Positions 13,252 to 24,889 of a stretch of DNA of 40,746 nt are shown here, piece by piece. The first letter of the stretch is position 1. Every line of letters begins with the position of its first letter. Under the pieces are notes generated by a model that saw only the letters and a list, made by a program, of their open reading frames with translations, had not been told where the DNA came from and made no database searches. This DNA is from Eledone cirrhosa. Its lineage: Eukaryota. Made by a program: the position numbers and the translations under genes. The stretch covers positions 1-40,746 of the forward strand of contig CAXHJY010000773.1 in NCBI GenBank assembly GCA_964016885.1, in the 5' to 3' direction.

Positions 13252-13502
13252 TTAATGTTGTGATTGTTGTTGTTGTTATCATTCGTAACACTTTTGTTCT
13301 GGCAGCTGTTCTACCGACACTACAAAAAGTGTGAACTTTAGCCCTCACCTAATATGTGAAGTGTGTAAGGTCACAAATTAATAGTAAAAGAAAACCACTG
13401 TTGATAACGGCTGCACTTTAAATTTAACTTAATACATTGTAACTGCAAACATTTTGTCTCTCCTGTTTAAATTGTCTGTTGTATAATTATTTAATTAAAT
13501 TC

Positions 13503-14256
13503 ATGCCACTACGTCACTTACGTCACTACATCACCTATGTCACTACGTCACCTATGTCACTACGTCACTTACGTCACTACATCACCTATGTCACTACGTC
13601 ACTTACGTCACTACATCACCTATGTCACTACGTCACCTATGTCACTACGTCACCTATGTCACTACGTCACCTACGTCACTACGTCACCTATGTCACTACG
13701 TCACCTATGTCACTACGTCACCTATGTCACTACCTCGCATATGTCACTACGTCACCTATGTCACTACGTCACCTATGTCACTACGTCACCTATGTCACTA
13801 CGTCACCTATGTCACTACGTCACCTATGTCACTACGTCACCTATGTCACTACGTCACCTATGTCACTACCTCGCATATGTCACTACGTCACCTATGTCAC
13901 TACGTCACCTACGTCACTACGTCACCTATGTCACTACGTCACCTATGTCACTACGTCACCTATGTCACTACGTCACCTATGTCACTACGTCACTTACGTC
14001 ACTACATCACCTATGTCACTACGTCACCTATGTCACTACGTCACCTATGTCACTACCTCGCATATGTCACTACGTCACCTATGTCACTACGTCACCTATG
14101 TCACTACGTCACCTATGTCACTACGTCACCTATGTCACTACGTCACTTACGTCACTACATCACCTATGTCACTACGTCACCTATGTCACTACGTCACCTA
14201 TGTCACTACCTCGCATATGTCAATATGCCGTTTATGTCACTATGCCGCTTATGTCA
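13503..14256. repeat. 17-bp minisatellite (TATGTCACTACGTCACC)n
   Basis: About 44 units made of two GTCAC sub-repeats. The translated period of 17 aa (3 x 17 nt) confirms the unit length. Confidence 0.97.
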
Positions 14257-14267
14257 GGAGTTAAAGG

Positions 14268-15210
14268 ACCATACCACACCACACCATACCATACTACAAT
14301 ACACCATACCATACCACACCATACCATACTACACCACACCACACCACACCACACCATACCACACCATACCATACCACACCACACCACACCATACCATACT
14401 ACAATACACCATACCATACCACACCATACCATACCACACCATACCATACTACACCACACCACACCATACCATACTACAACACACCATACCACACCACACC
14501 ACACCATACCATACCATACCACACCATACCATACTACACCACACCACACCACACCACACCATACCATACCACACCACACCATACCATACCACACCACACC
14601 ACACCATACCATACCACACCATACCACACCACACCATACCACACCACACCACACCACACCATACCACACCACACCATACCATACCACACCACACCATACC
14701 ACACCATACCACACCACACCACACCATACCATACCACACCACACCACACCATACCATACCACACCACACCACACCACACCATACCATACCACACCACACC
14801 ACACCATACCATACCACACCATACCATACCACACCACACCACACCATACCACACCATACCATACCACACCACACCATACCACACCACACCACACCACACC
14901 ACACCACACCACACCACACCACACCATACCACACCATACCACACCACACCACACCACACCACACCACACCACACCACACCACACCACACCACACCATACC
15001 ACACCATACCACACCACACCACACCACACCACACCACACCACACCATACCACACCATACCACACCACACCACACCACACCACACCACACCACACCACACC
15101 ACACCACACCACACCATACCACACCATACCACACCACACCACACCACACCACACCACACCACACCACACCACACCACACCACACTACACCACACCACACC
15201 ATACCACGCC
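14268..15210. repeat. Pentanucleotide satellite (ACACC/ATACC)n
   Basis: About 940 bp of CCACA/CCATA units directly after the 17-bp array. Confidence 0.97.
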
Positions 15211-15287
15211 ATATCAATCAACCTAACAGCTGACAATGCCTAACGTCTAAACTCTAAATTATTCTATATTTCAGTATATAACATTTA

Positions 15288-15318
15288 ATGTCCATGATGT
15301 TTTGTCTTGTTTTGCTTG
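15288..15318 (+). CDS. S1A serine protease coding exon 1 (signal peptide, MSMMFCLVLL-A)
   Basis: Acceptor TCTATATTTCAG at 15274, ATG at 15288, donor G|GTAAGT (phase 1). Joined to the next exon it gives the hydrophobic leader MSMMFCLVLLACLLVQSCSQ. Confidence 0.75.
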
Positions 15319-15989
15319 GTAAGTTATTTAAAAGTTTAGTTACATGCGTATATATATATATATATACAAACATAGACACGCATACATACACACATACATA
15401 CATACATACATACATACATACATACATACATACATACATGCATACATGCATACATGCATACATACATACATACATACATACATACATACATACATACATA
15501 CATACATACATGGTGGCTGCCAACTCGTTTTCGAGTACGGCCACTACTTTATATCCATGTAGAAGAACTCCTACCGATGCGCTGAACAAATGTGACTTTA
15601 GTCCAGCCAGCAACTTGAAAACTGGTACAAACACTACACCTGTGACAATTATTGACACATAGTGCTAGGCCCATGGTACCATGTGACGACAAGTGCAGAG
15701 AGATCTCCAGATATAAAGCAATGCCTGTGCTGTGAAGCTTTTATAGTGAGCAAAGGCACTGCACAAAGCCAGTCCCACTCTCTTAACCAAGATGATATTT
15801 ACCAAAAAGAAGAACAAGTCAACATCATTGGATACCATCAGAGTTGCAGGTGTTATATCAGAGTTTTCCTTCTCCTAGAATTCTGCCTTGACAAAGGCTA
15901 AGGGGTCATCTCTCCCATACATACATACATACATACATACATACATACATACATACATAGATACATACATACATACATACATATATATA

Positions 15990-16410
15990 CAGTATCTGCA
16001 GATACTCCATCCTTATTATATCTTCAGATTTATACCTGTGATTATTGGGGCACTGGGGTATGTTAGTAACTGCCTCAGTACAAATATTGAGAAGCTGGGC
16101 TTCACAGAACCAGAAAGAACACGACTAGTTAGGAAATTACATGTACAATCCATTAATTGTTTCTACTTTTGGCACAAGGCCAGCAATTACCCCCAGTGCA
16201 TTACTGGTACTTTATTTTATCGACCCCGTAAGGATGAAAGGCAAAGTTAACCTCGGCGGGATTTGAACTCAGAATGGCAAGGGCCGTAACTCTATACGTC
16301 AAAGCATGGCATCCGACCCTCTACCGATACTGCCAATCCACCGCCCTTGTCCTATCCATTAATGGAACAGTAAATATATGTAAAACATTCCAAAGATTCT
16401 GCATCTAATA
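15990..16410 (+). mobile_element. 3' remnant of an R4/Dong-like (RLE) LINE, interrupted by a SINE
   Basis: Peptide FIPVIIGALGYVSNCL...LHVQSIN/GTVNICKTFQRF resembles the C-terminus IPVVVGALG...GTAHILRK of the 36577-37095 ORF. Confidence 0.6.
16158..16353 (-). mobile_element. tRNA-derived SINE family A, full length
   Basis: GGGCGGTGGATTGGCAGTATCGGTAGAG head, GAGTTCAAATCCC B-box, GCCTTTCATCCTTACGGGGTCGATAAAATAAAGTACCAG centre; TSD ATCCATTAAT at 16148-16157 and 16354-16363. Confidence 0.9.
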
Positions 16411-16414
16411 ACTG

Positions 16415-16536
16415 TTTCTACTTTAGGCACAAGGCCAGCAATTACCCCCAGTGCATTACTGGTACTTTATTTTATCGACCCCGTAAGGATGAAAGGCAAA
16501 GTCAACCTCGGCGGGATTTGAACTCAGATTGAACTC
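16415..16536 (-). mobile_element. SINE family A, 5'-truncated
   Basis: Same 3' half as the neighbouring copy; 21-bp direct repeat AGATTCTGCATCTAATAACTG at 16394-16414 and 16537-16557. Confidence 0.88.
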
Positions 16537-16813
16537 AGATTCTGCATCTAATAACTGCATGTATACACTTGTACAGATACAAAACATATGCACATGCACA
16601 TATATAACTCAAATCATCCAGATCCACACATACAATAACATCCATACTTGCACTCGCATGCACATGCATGCAGACATGCAGACATATCTAGCTAGTTGAT
16701 GTTGTGTAAATTCCAATGAGAGAGTCTTGTGTCTATATTAAAAACCGACTCTCTCTCTCTGTTGGTAAACATTTATAAAATTATAAAACCCATAAGTATA
16801 TACATGCATATAT

Positions 16814-16821
16814 TGTGTGTG

Positions 16822-16855
<34 letters not shown>

Positions 16856-16956
16856 CATGTGTGTGTGTCTGAGTCTCTGTGTGTCTGTCTGTGTGTATGT
16901 GTGTGTATGTGTGTGTAAGCGTGTGTCTGTGTGTATGCCTGAGTGTGTGTGTGTCT

Positions 16957-17018
<62 letters not shown>

Positions 17019-17306
17019 GTATATGTGTGTGTCTTATATGTGTGTGTATATGTGTGTGTGTGTGTGTATGTGTGTGCATGCGTGTGTGTGTGAACATGCG
17101 GGTGTGTGTGTCTGTGTGTCTTATATGTGTGTGTGTATATGTGTGTGTGTATGTGTGTATGTGTGTGTGCGTGCGTGTGTGTGTGCCTGTGTGTCTGTAT
17201 ATGTGTGTGTGTGTTGGTGTATATGTGTGTGTATGTGTGTGCGTGTGTGCGTGTGTGCGTGTGTCTGTGTGTCTTATATGTGTGTGTGTATATGTGTGTA
17301 TGTGTC
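16814..17306. repeat. Imperfect (TG)n microsatellite
   Basis: TG/TA/CG dinucleotide tract. Confidence 0.95.
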
Positions 17307-17343
17307 TATTCAAAATCTCCAATTCTGTTCTCTACTCCGGAAG

Positions 17344-17555
17344 CCTGTCTGCTCGTCCAATCCTGTTCCCAGAAGATAATCCTCGGCCAGAAGCCGCCAT
17401 CTTGTTACCAGGACATTTCCAAATTTGGTCGGACTGTATGCAACACTATGAAGGCCGCTGACCATACAAATGTATGTGGTACTACCTTCACCCGGAAGAC
17501 AGCCCCATATATAGTAGGGGGCACTGCAGCCTACCCTGGTACATGGCCATGGATC
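17344..17555 (+). CDS. S1A serine protease coding exon 2 (pro-peptide, activation site Y|IVGG, WPW motif)
   Basis: ...VCGTTFTRKTAPY-IVGGTAAYPGTWPWI, with IVGG at 17511-17522. Donor ATC|GTATGT (phase 0). Phase-1 acceptor after a pyrimidine tract (…TCTACTCCGGAAG). The 5' boundary is less certain than the 3'. Confidence 0.88.
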
Positions 17556-17644
17556 GTATGTCTAATGATTTTCTTTAGTTTTCTCTTGTTTACGTTTTTT
17601 TTTTTTTTTTTTTTTTTTTTGCTTGTTTGTTTGTTTGTTTTGGA

Positions 17645-18087
17645 GGAAGTTTTCTTATATTTTAATAATGTGTTTCGTACAGGTGTTGGGATCCATTTTA
17701 AAGGATTTTAGACGAATTTCTCGGTCTACAATCATTTTGGGGTCGATAAAAATATACCAGAAGATGGACACTGCCAGGTTCAAAATGCCCGGAAAATATC
17801 GTTGTCACTATGACGTCACTACGACTCTATCAGTGACAACGATATTTCCCGGGCATTTTGAACCTGGCAGAGTCCATCTTCTCTCCAGTCGATTTCTGTC
17901 AGAGAAGAGGAAAGAGCGATAGAAACGAAATGAGAAAGAGATATAGAGAAAGAACCGACCCCAGTATTGAACTGGTATATTTTTATCGACCCCAAAATGA
18001 TTGTAGACCGAGAAATTCGTCTAAAATCCTTTAAAATGGATCCCAACACCCGTACGAAACACATTATTAAAATATAAGAAAACTTCC
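17645..18087. repeat. Nested inverted repeat (116-bp outer arms, 51-bp inner arms)
   Basis: 17645-17760 is the reverse complement of 17972-18087 (1 mismatch). 17759-17809 is the reverse complement of 17832-17882 (2 mismatches). Confidence 0.95.
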
Positions 18088-18092
18088 CCAAA

Positions 18093-18143
<51 letters not shown>

Positions 18144-18269
18144 ATCACGGAATTTTACCTATATATAGGTAAAACACATGCTCGATGTTAGTTTGATCTC
18201 GTTATAAAGAAATGTTCGTTACAACAAATTTTTTTATTCCCCATGAATTTCGTTATAACAGAATTTCAC

Positions 18270-18328
<59 letters not shown>

Positions 18329-18473
18329 CGAAGGAAGTGTGGTAAGGAACCAGGTGGACCATAACGCACCAGAGTACTCAATACTTAGGGTAGTAGAGTG
18401 GGTAATAGGAAAATAGGTCCAGAAATAGCCGTTGAAACGGCTTGAGCTCTGCTGTCGAGGTCTTGAACATTTT

Positions 18474-18510
<37 letters not shown>

Positions 18511-18575
18511 GTAGGTCCCGGGTTGAGTCGGGGATAACCACAGTAAGTAAGGTACTCAATACATGGCAGAGTAAA

Positions 18576-18726
18576 ATATATTTATTGTATAGAAGGAGCT
18601 TCTACAGGATTAGTACTGTTTCATTCAGATGAAATCTTCGGGAAGCTGGGTCCCAGCTTCCTGAAGATTTCATCTGAATGAAACAGTACTAGTCCTGTAG
18701 AAGCTCCTTCTATACAATAAATATAT
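18576..18726. repeat. Near-perfect palindrome, 75-bp arms with 1-nt centre, containing a hammerhead motif
   Basis: 18576-18650 is the reverse complement of 18652-18726 with 2 mismatches; flanked by (TA)n. Confidence 0.95.
18655..18705 (+). ncRNA. Type I hammerhead ribozyme motif
   Basis: AGCTTC-CTGAAGA-T[TTC-ATCT-GAA]T-GAAA-CAG(TACTAGTC)CTG-TA|GAAGCT: 6-bp stem I, stem III, GUA triplet, predicted cut after 18699. Stem II is weak with a U-U closing pair. Confidence 0.72.
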
Positions 18727-18780
18727 ATATAAATATATACGATATTAAACAAATGGAAACTATATTTATAAAACCATATT

Positions 18781-18846
18781 TATTTCATTATACATATTTC
18801 AGGGATACCATATTAAAAATAAGGCATGCCTTCGTCAGATAAAATA
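18781..18846 (-). ncRNA. Type I hammerhead ribozyme motif
   Basis: Minus strand: TATTTTAT-CTGACGA-AGGCATGCC(13 nt)GGTATCCCT-GAAA-TATGTA-TA|ATGAAATA. 8-bp stem I, 8/9-bp stem II, minimal stem III. Confidence 0.72.
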
Positions 18847-19014
18847 CAATATATAAACAGTTTTATAAATAATTTTGACGTACCATAATATAAGCGACCA
18901 TTAAATTAGGAAGCTGCCTGTCGAGTGCTTTATATCAGTTATAAAATATTTACTTGTTGTAACCCAACAATTTTAAATAAAACTTTTGCATATATATAAA
19001 TATATATATATATA

Positions 19015-19370
19015 CTAGCTGAGGTACCCGGTAATACCCGGGAGCGGGGGTATTCCCAGTTCCCATTAAAATGCCCAATGCCTCTCAGAACAAAAATAAA
19101 TGTTACAGCAAGCAGAGAATATTAAGTTGATTTATGGAGAACATTTTAAGCCCACAACAGCTGGAGCCAAATTTCGCTTATCAGTTAATCAAAAATCAGT
19201 TTATGCTTTGCTCGGGTGGTCTGGATAATTTTCTTTAGCAAAAAGCCATCCATAGCACATAATCTATCGAAGGAAATCAATAGGGAGCTTTAAATGTTAT
19301 GGCAGAAAGTCACATATGAGCATTTGCATATAAATTTCCTATTCATATCGATATAATCAACTTTCCTCTT
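19015..19370 (-). mobile_element. Non-autonomous Helitron 3' end
   Basis: Minus strand ends with a GC hairpin (CCCGG...CCGGG) followed by ...CTCAGCTAG|T inside a (TA)n tract. The far boundary is approximate. Confidence 0.55.
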
Positions 19371-19409
19371 CCCCAAAATTGTTAGCCTCGTGCCAAAAGT
19401 AGAAACCAT

Positions 19410-19552
19410 CAGCATAGTTACGTCCCTTTACGATCTGAGTTCAAATCCCGCCGAGGTTAACTTTGCCTTTCATCCTTACGGGGTCGATAAAATAAAGTAC
19501 CAGTAATGCACTGGGTAATTGCTGGCCTTGTGCCTAAAGTAGAAACAATTAT
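19410..19552 (+). mobile_element. SINE family A, 5'-truncated
   Basis: B-box, central motif and the CCTTGTGCCTAAAGTAGAAACAATT tail. Confidence 0.85.
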
Positions 19553-19576
19553 TATTGTCGTAAATATGGTTGTCAA

Positions 19577-19790
19577 AGGTGGTGAATTGGCAGAATCGGT
19601 AGAGCGTCCGGCACAATTCTATGTAGCACTGGTTCACGACTGTCTACATGGTGAGTTCAAATCCCGTCGAGGTTAGCTGTGCCTTTCATTCTTACGGGGT
19701 CGATATAATAAAGTACCAGTCAGTTATTAGGGTTAGTTTGATCGACCAAATTTACAGATTTTGTGCTTAAATCAGAAACCGGTAATATTA
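19577..19790 (+). mobile_element. SINE family A, older subfamily
   Basis: GGTGGTGAATTGGCAGAATCGGTAGAG head, B-box, central motif. Confidence 0.8.
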
Positions 19791-19836
19791 TTGTTGTATT
19801 ATTGTTATTGTGGATTTTGTTGTTGTTGTTGTAAAG

Positions 19837-19925
19837 GTAATGCTCCGTGCGAAAGGTGTCCGGTTCTGTGCAGGGACAATACTCACCAATAACTGGGTTT
19901 TGACGGCTGCCCATTGCTTTGATTT
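19837..19925 (+). CDS. S1A serine protease coding exon 3 (catalytic His, TAAHC)
   Basis: VMLRAKGVRFCAGTILTNNWVLTAAHCFD. Acceptor AAG| (phase 0), donor TT|GTAAGT (phase 2). Missed by the ORF track. Confidence 0.95.
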
Positions 19926-20244
19926 GTAAGTCTATTTAGTTCTATACTGTACAACCATAATATAAACCTCCCCCATCTGTGAACCTTGGTGTGCTTCCAT
20001 TCCACACTCCTTCATATCCGATCCTTCCACCACCACCCCACCTCCGATCCCTCCACCACCACCACCCCTCCTCCAATCCCTTACGTTATTCTACAATACT
20101 AAAGTAGCCGCTACTGCCACATTTTCCGTCTCTAGAGATAATTTACCCGATTTTCTCAGCTATTATCTAGAGTGATCGACTAATATTGCAGGCATTTTCT
20201 GCGTTTGGGACTTCCGCATTTTCAAATTTTTATATATATATGTA

Positions 20245-20442
20245 CGAGGGTCGTTTGAAAAGTTCATAGCCTGACCAAGATACTCACATGGAATAACCAA
20301 ATGGGGTTTATTTTTTAACATAATCTTTGAAAAGAAACAATGCAGTTATTCATAAGAAGAGTTGATATTAATGCATGCAAGATTTTACAGCCCTAACATT
20401 ACTCCTTCATAGTTTGTCTATGAATTTTTCAGCCCATCTTCG
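20245..20442. mobile_element. Tc1/mariner-type MITE
   Basis: TA|CGAGGGTCGTTTGAAAAGTTCATAG ... CTATGAATTTTTCAGCCCATCTTCG|TA: imperfect TIRs and TA flanks. Confidence 0.7.
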
Positions 20443-20838
20443 TATACATATTTTTATGATTCATACACGCCACACGTGTTCTTCTACCTTAGGTTTTAAG
20501 CCAAGGTATGGCGGTAACTTCAGCTTATACATGGTAGTGCAGAATGAACGAAGCAGCACTGCAAGACTTAATCTTAATTCATCAGATGCAAAGTAAATGT
20601 CAGAAAAGGATCTCGTCACGCGTGGAAAGGGTTCGTAACCCGGAAAATATGTTGATCTATTTCCTAAGAAAGACAACTCTTACTTAAATGTTGTGTGTGT
20701 ATTTCTGCGTCTGTGATTTCGGTTTGTTGTAAATAATTCGAGTCAATTGATAGTGTGGTGAAGGTTATGGAAGCTAGTTACAGTTATAAAACATTTAGAA
20801 AAGAGTGGCAATCAGGAAAGGTTGTTAATGTGTTGGAA

Positions 20839-21138
20839 TTATGGCAAATGCTGTACATCTATTGATTGGATATTTAGTGGGTAGCTCTTCCCCGACGACA
20901 GTAGGTGTCTTCTGAGGTGTAAGTAGCCCTTAAACACCTCGTTTTTAGAGTTCAGATATGTTTTCGATGAGCTCAAAGCCTGTAAAATCCTGAACTTTTC
21001 AGTAAGGCGAATGGAATATCTTTTTGTTCCATTGATATATGGCCTGGACCTATCTAGGATCCTCCATTCTATATTACGGAGGATCCCTTTGTCATTTAAC
21101 TGCCAGACTCGATTTATCAATGCCGTGCTGGTTAACAT
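20839..21138 (-). mobile_element. Penelope-like element remnant (C-terminal part of GIY-YIG endonuclease region)
   Basis: TALINRVWQLNDKGILRNIEWRILDRSRPYINGTKRYSIRLTEKFRIL...LNSKNEV matches the W-L...I-W-IL...PY-N-TKRCxLCL-EK...LN-R-E pattern of PLE ORFs, with the Cys residues decayed. Confidence 0.7.
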
Positions 21139-21434
21139 TTCGCCTCAACATTTTGTACTGATTCACATATCACACTTACATTTATATGCATATTTATTTT
21201 GATAAAAATAAATCAAAAATTAAATAAATAGAAACCTATCAACTGTATTGCAAGTTGGTATTATAACTTTTAGAAATCACCCCACCCCCTACCACACATA
21301 CACTATCTCATCTCACTTTTGTTTCCCAGAACGTAATGACCCTTTTGAGTGATTGAGTTTGAGACCCCTGCATTATATAATCTATTGCCAGGTGTCAAAA
21401 ATAGAAACAATTATTTATCGCCTAAAGCAACAGA

Positions 21435-21552
21435 TTTGGCAATGCCATTAGAGCGTTGGATATTTGTTCTAGGTCTCTGCATTCTGAGTTTAAATCCTAG
21501 TAAGGTTCTCTTTGCCTTTCATCAGTTCGGGGTCGATAAAGAAATTACCAGC
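21435..21552 (+). mobile_element. Decayed SINE family A
   Basis: TTTGCCTTTCATCAGTTCGGGGTCGATAAAG central motif. Confidence 0.6.
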
Positions 21553-21746
21553 TAGTGCAACCCTCTTTCCTCTCAGCTCTTGAATCCGGAATGGATCAAA
21601 GGAAGTCTGCTTGCGACTGTATGGACACCTAAAACCCATAGCGAAATCATTGCACATACTACCAAGTCATACTCGATAACGTGTGGCGGCTGTAGTCATT
21701 TATAATCTATCACCGGTGCTAAAAACAATATGTAATCTATTGACAG

Positions 21747-22018
21747 TGTTCCGTTACGTAACGCAAGCCTCTGGACTGTCACCTCGGGTAAACATCATTC
21801 CAACTGTACAGACACGACAGAACAAGAATGGCCAGTGTCCCGAATATTGATTCATCCTGATTATGTGGCCACCACCAACGAGAATGACATAGCGCTTTTG
21901 CAGCTTGACCGACCTCTCAGTTACAACTGCCGGACACAACCGATTTGTGTACCTAAAGATGACCAGCCATTAAAAGTTGGGCGACTCTGTAAAATTGCAG
22001 GTTGGGGCATGACATTCG
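21747..22018 (+). CDS. S1A serine protease coding exon 4 (catalytic Asp, NDIALL; PIC; GWG)
   Basis: ...VSRILIHPDYVATTNENDIALLQLDRPLSYNCRTQPICVP...CKIAGWGMTF. Acceptor GACAG| (phase 2), donor G|GTAGGT (phase 1). Confidence 0.95.
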
Positions 22019-22062
22019 GTAGGTTATGGATTTATATCTTGATTTATTTTATTATTATTATT

Positions 22063-22131
<69 letters not shown>

Positions 22132-22142
22132 GGTGGTGGTGG

Positions 22143-22298
22143 TGGTGGATTGACAGTATCGGTAGAGCGTCTGACAACATGCTTAGCGGCATAGAGTTAC
22201 GACTCTTTACGTTCTGAGTTCAAATCCCGCCGAATTTAACTTTGACTTTCATCCTTACGGGGTCGATAAAATAAAGTACCAGTAATGCACTGAGGTCA
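22143..22298 (+). mobile_element. SINE family A, 3'-truncated
   Basis: Head, B-box and central motif following (TTG)n(GGT)n. Confidence 0.85.
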
Positions 22299-22306
22299 AT
22301 TTAATT

Positions 22307-22500
22307 TAACATAAGGTAGTCTCGACTCAACTCAACATAAAGTAGACTCGACTCAGCTCAACATAATGTAGATTCAGCTCAACATAAGGTAGATTCAGCT
22401 CAACATAAGGTAGACTCGGTTCAACATAAGGTAGATTCGGATCAACATAATGTAGATTCAGCTCAAAATAAGGTAGACTCGGGTCAACATAAGGTAGACT
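22307..22500. repeat. 21-26-bp minisatellite (AACATAAGGTAGATTCAGCTC)n
   Basis: About 8-9 imperfect tandem units. Confidence 0.9.
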
Positions 22501-22888
22501 GCGATAGTCAATAAAACGGGGTAAAGAAGGTTATATTCGTTCTGTGCGACCTGATACCGAATGTTCGACGGCCCGGTGGTTAAGGACCTTTGATATACAC
22601 CACAACTAACAAGAACAGCAAAATATCGCTCTGTACTTATTGTCCGATCTTCTACCGATTCTGAAACGCTTGGTATTTATTACAAAATGCTTAAACTTCA
22701 TATTTGATTATTTTATATCAATAAACCTTACATAGGTTGTGCCAGTTCTGTTTATACAAGGCGTGGCAGTAACTGAACCACTAAAAGCAAATAAATGACG
22801 ATAATGTATCTTTAGACAAAAGGAAGAAAGAAAGTGTTTTTAATCGGTCGACAATATCCCTGACCTCATCCACTTACTGAGTGGGTGG

Positions 22889-23093
22889 AACTCGTCAAAT
22901 CGCACCAAGGAAGCAATGTTTCCATTGGTCTTTTCAATTGCTGTTACTATCTACAGGCCGCAACTCCTGACAGAAAGAGCAAGGTGAAATAAACTTGTCT
23001 TGTTCAAGAACATAACGCATCACCCGGTCCGGGAATCGAACTCGCTACCTCACGGTTCCGAATCCAGTCGCCTCACCACTAAGCCATGTACGT
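22889..23093 (-). mobile_element. SINE family B
   Basis: Homologous along its length to 12076-12289. Confidence 0.8.
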
Positions 23094-23125
23094 TTATGTA
23101 TTGACAGAGTGTGTGTATGTGTGTA

Positions 23126-23239
<114 letters not shown>

Positions 23240-23241
23240 TG

Positions 23242-23314
<73 letters not shown>

Positions 23315-23318
<4 letters not shown>

Positions 23319-23637
23319 TAAAAGAGAAAACACAGGTAAGCATTAAGAGAAGGATTTTATCCAGGTATTTACGACCGTTTGTCCCCTCACCTTCTGATTC
23401 CTCTCTCTCTATACTAGTAAATACAATTCCAAATAAATGTTTTTCTCTATATATTAATAATTATTTCAAGAGTAACTTACTCACTTTTTTGAAAATTTGG
23501 ACTGTGAACAACAATTATAATTGAGTGGCTGCTATTTGCAGTATAGCAACATAAGGTTGCACTTACCAATGAAACGGTCGTAAATACCTGGATAAAATCC
23601 TTCTCTTAATGCTTACCTGTGTTTTCTCTTTTATACT
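23315..23637. repeat. 66-bp perfect inverted repeat next to (TA)n, with a hammerhead 3' half
   Basis: 23315-23380 is the reverse complement of 23572-23637. The right arm begins (G)AAACGGTCGTA. Confidence 0.93.
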
Positions 23638-23746
23638 TTATACTCCAAGATTGAACGGAATTCTTACAAACTTGTGGAGTTACCCCTAACCGTACGTTGA
23701 AACCATCCATGAAACTGGCTTTCTTAACCACGAACTGGATCACAAA

Positions 23747-23826
23747 AAGCAATTTTCTGCTTCCCTAACTATATATATACATATATATATATGTATATAT
23801 ATAGTTAGGGAAGCAGAAAATTGCTT
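23747..23826. repeat. Perfect 80-bp palindrome centred on a TA tract
   Basis: AAGCAATTTTCTGCTTCCCTAACTATATATATACATATAT followed by its exact reverse complement. Confidence 0.95.
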
Positions 23827-23847
23827 AGCTAGAAAATAGTTTAGCTA

Positions 23848-23884
<37 letters not shown>

Positions 23885-23904
23885 TATGAATATATATATA
23901 TATG

Positions 23905-23990
<86 letters not shown>

Positions 23991-23999
23991 TACATACAT

Positions 24000-24063
<64 letters not shown>

Positions 24064-24857
24064 TTATCTATAAAAGGCAGATTTTTGTGTCTGTATGTAT
24101 GTTTCAATTTTATACATTTACACAATTCCAAAAATATTGAATGAATAATTAAGCAGAATGTTTACAAATATTCTAACTTGGGTCATGGGCGAACTTATTG
24201 GGTAAAAAATGCCACAATTACGGAAAAATCGATTTATTTCAACAATCGATGATTTCTCCTCTCTCATATGATATACGTTTCCTATATCTACTCCCTTCAT
24301 CACCTCCCCTTAAAATTGCTACCTTCTCTTATAAGTGTTTGTGAAAAAGAGAAACATTGAAAAAAAACATATACACACATATATGTGGGTGCATACACAC
24401 ACATATATGTTGGTATGGTTACGATTGACGTCATATAAACAGGAACGCGGGAATTTCAATCAATCAACGCATACACAGTTTGTTTTAGAAATAACAATAG
24501 CATATAATGATAAAGAGGGATATAATGATAAAGAGGGAGTGAGAAACAAACAGACACACTAAAAAACGGATATATGTGTGTGTGTTTGTATTAGCGCGTT
24601 CAAACTCCATTTCGAAGCTGACTTTCATTTACTAAACTGTAAGTTTTTCAATCGGCCTTACACTTTCAAATTATATTTTTCTGTATAAGTAACTTTAACC
24701 CTTTATTTTCGACATAAAAATACACAGATACATACAAATACCTGTAAATTTTTTTGGGGGGGGCCTTTCTTATCAATCTTTTTACATTCAATTATCAGCC
24801 TTATACTTTCAAAGTCAATTTTTATGTTGAAGTAACTTTCAACCTTTAATACATACA

Positions 24858-24889
<32 letters not shown>

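Noticed and set aside
13479-15243. Long ORFs of MSLRHLCHYVTY and HHTTP repeats
   Set aside because: Open in all frames because they translate 17-bp and 5-bp tandem repeats.
20480-20590. Hammerhead-like pieces downstream of the PLE ORF remnant (CTGATGA ... AAAACCTAAGGTA, minus strand)
   Set aside because: GAAA is absent and no stem I pairing could be built.
21577-21705. Possible exon after CTCTTTCCTCTCAG containing ITCGG
   Set aside because: Ends in a stop and lacks TAAHC. The true His exon is 19837-19925, which joins 21747 in phase.
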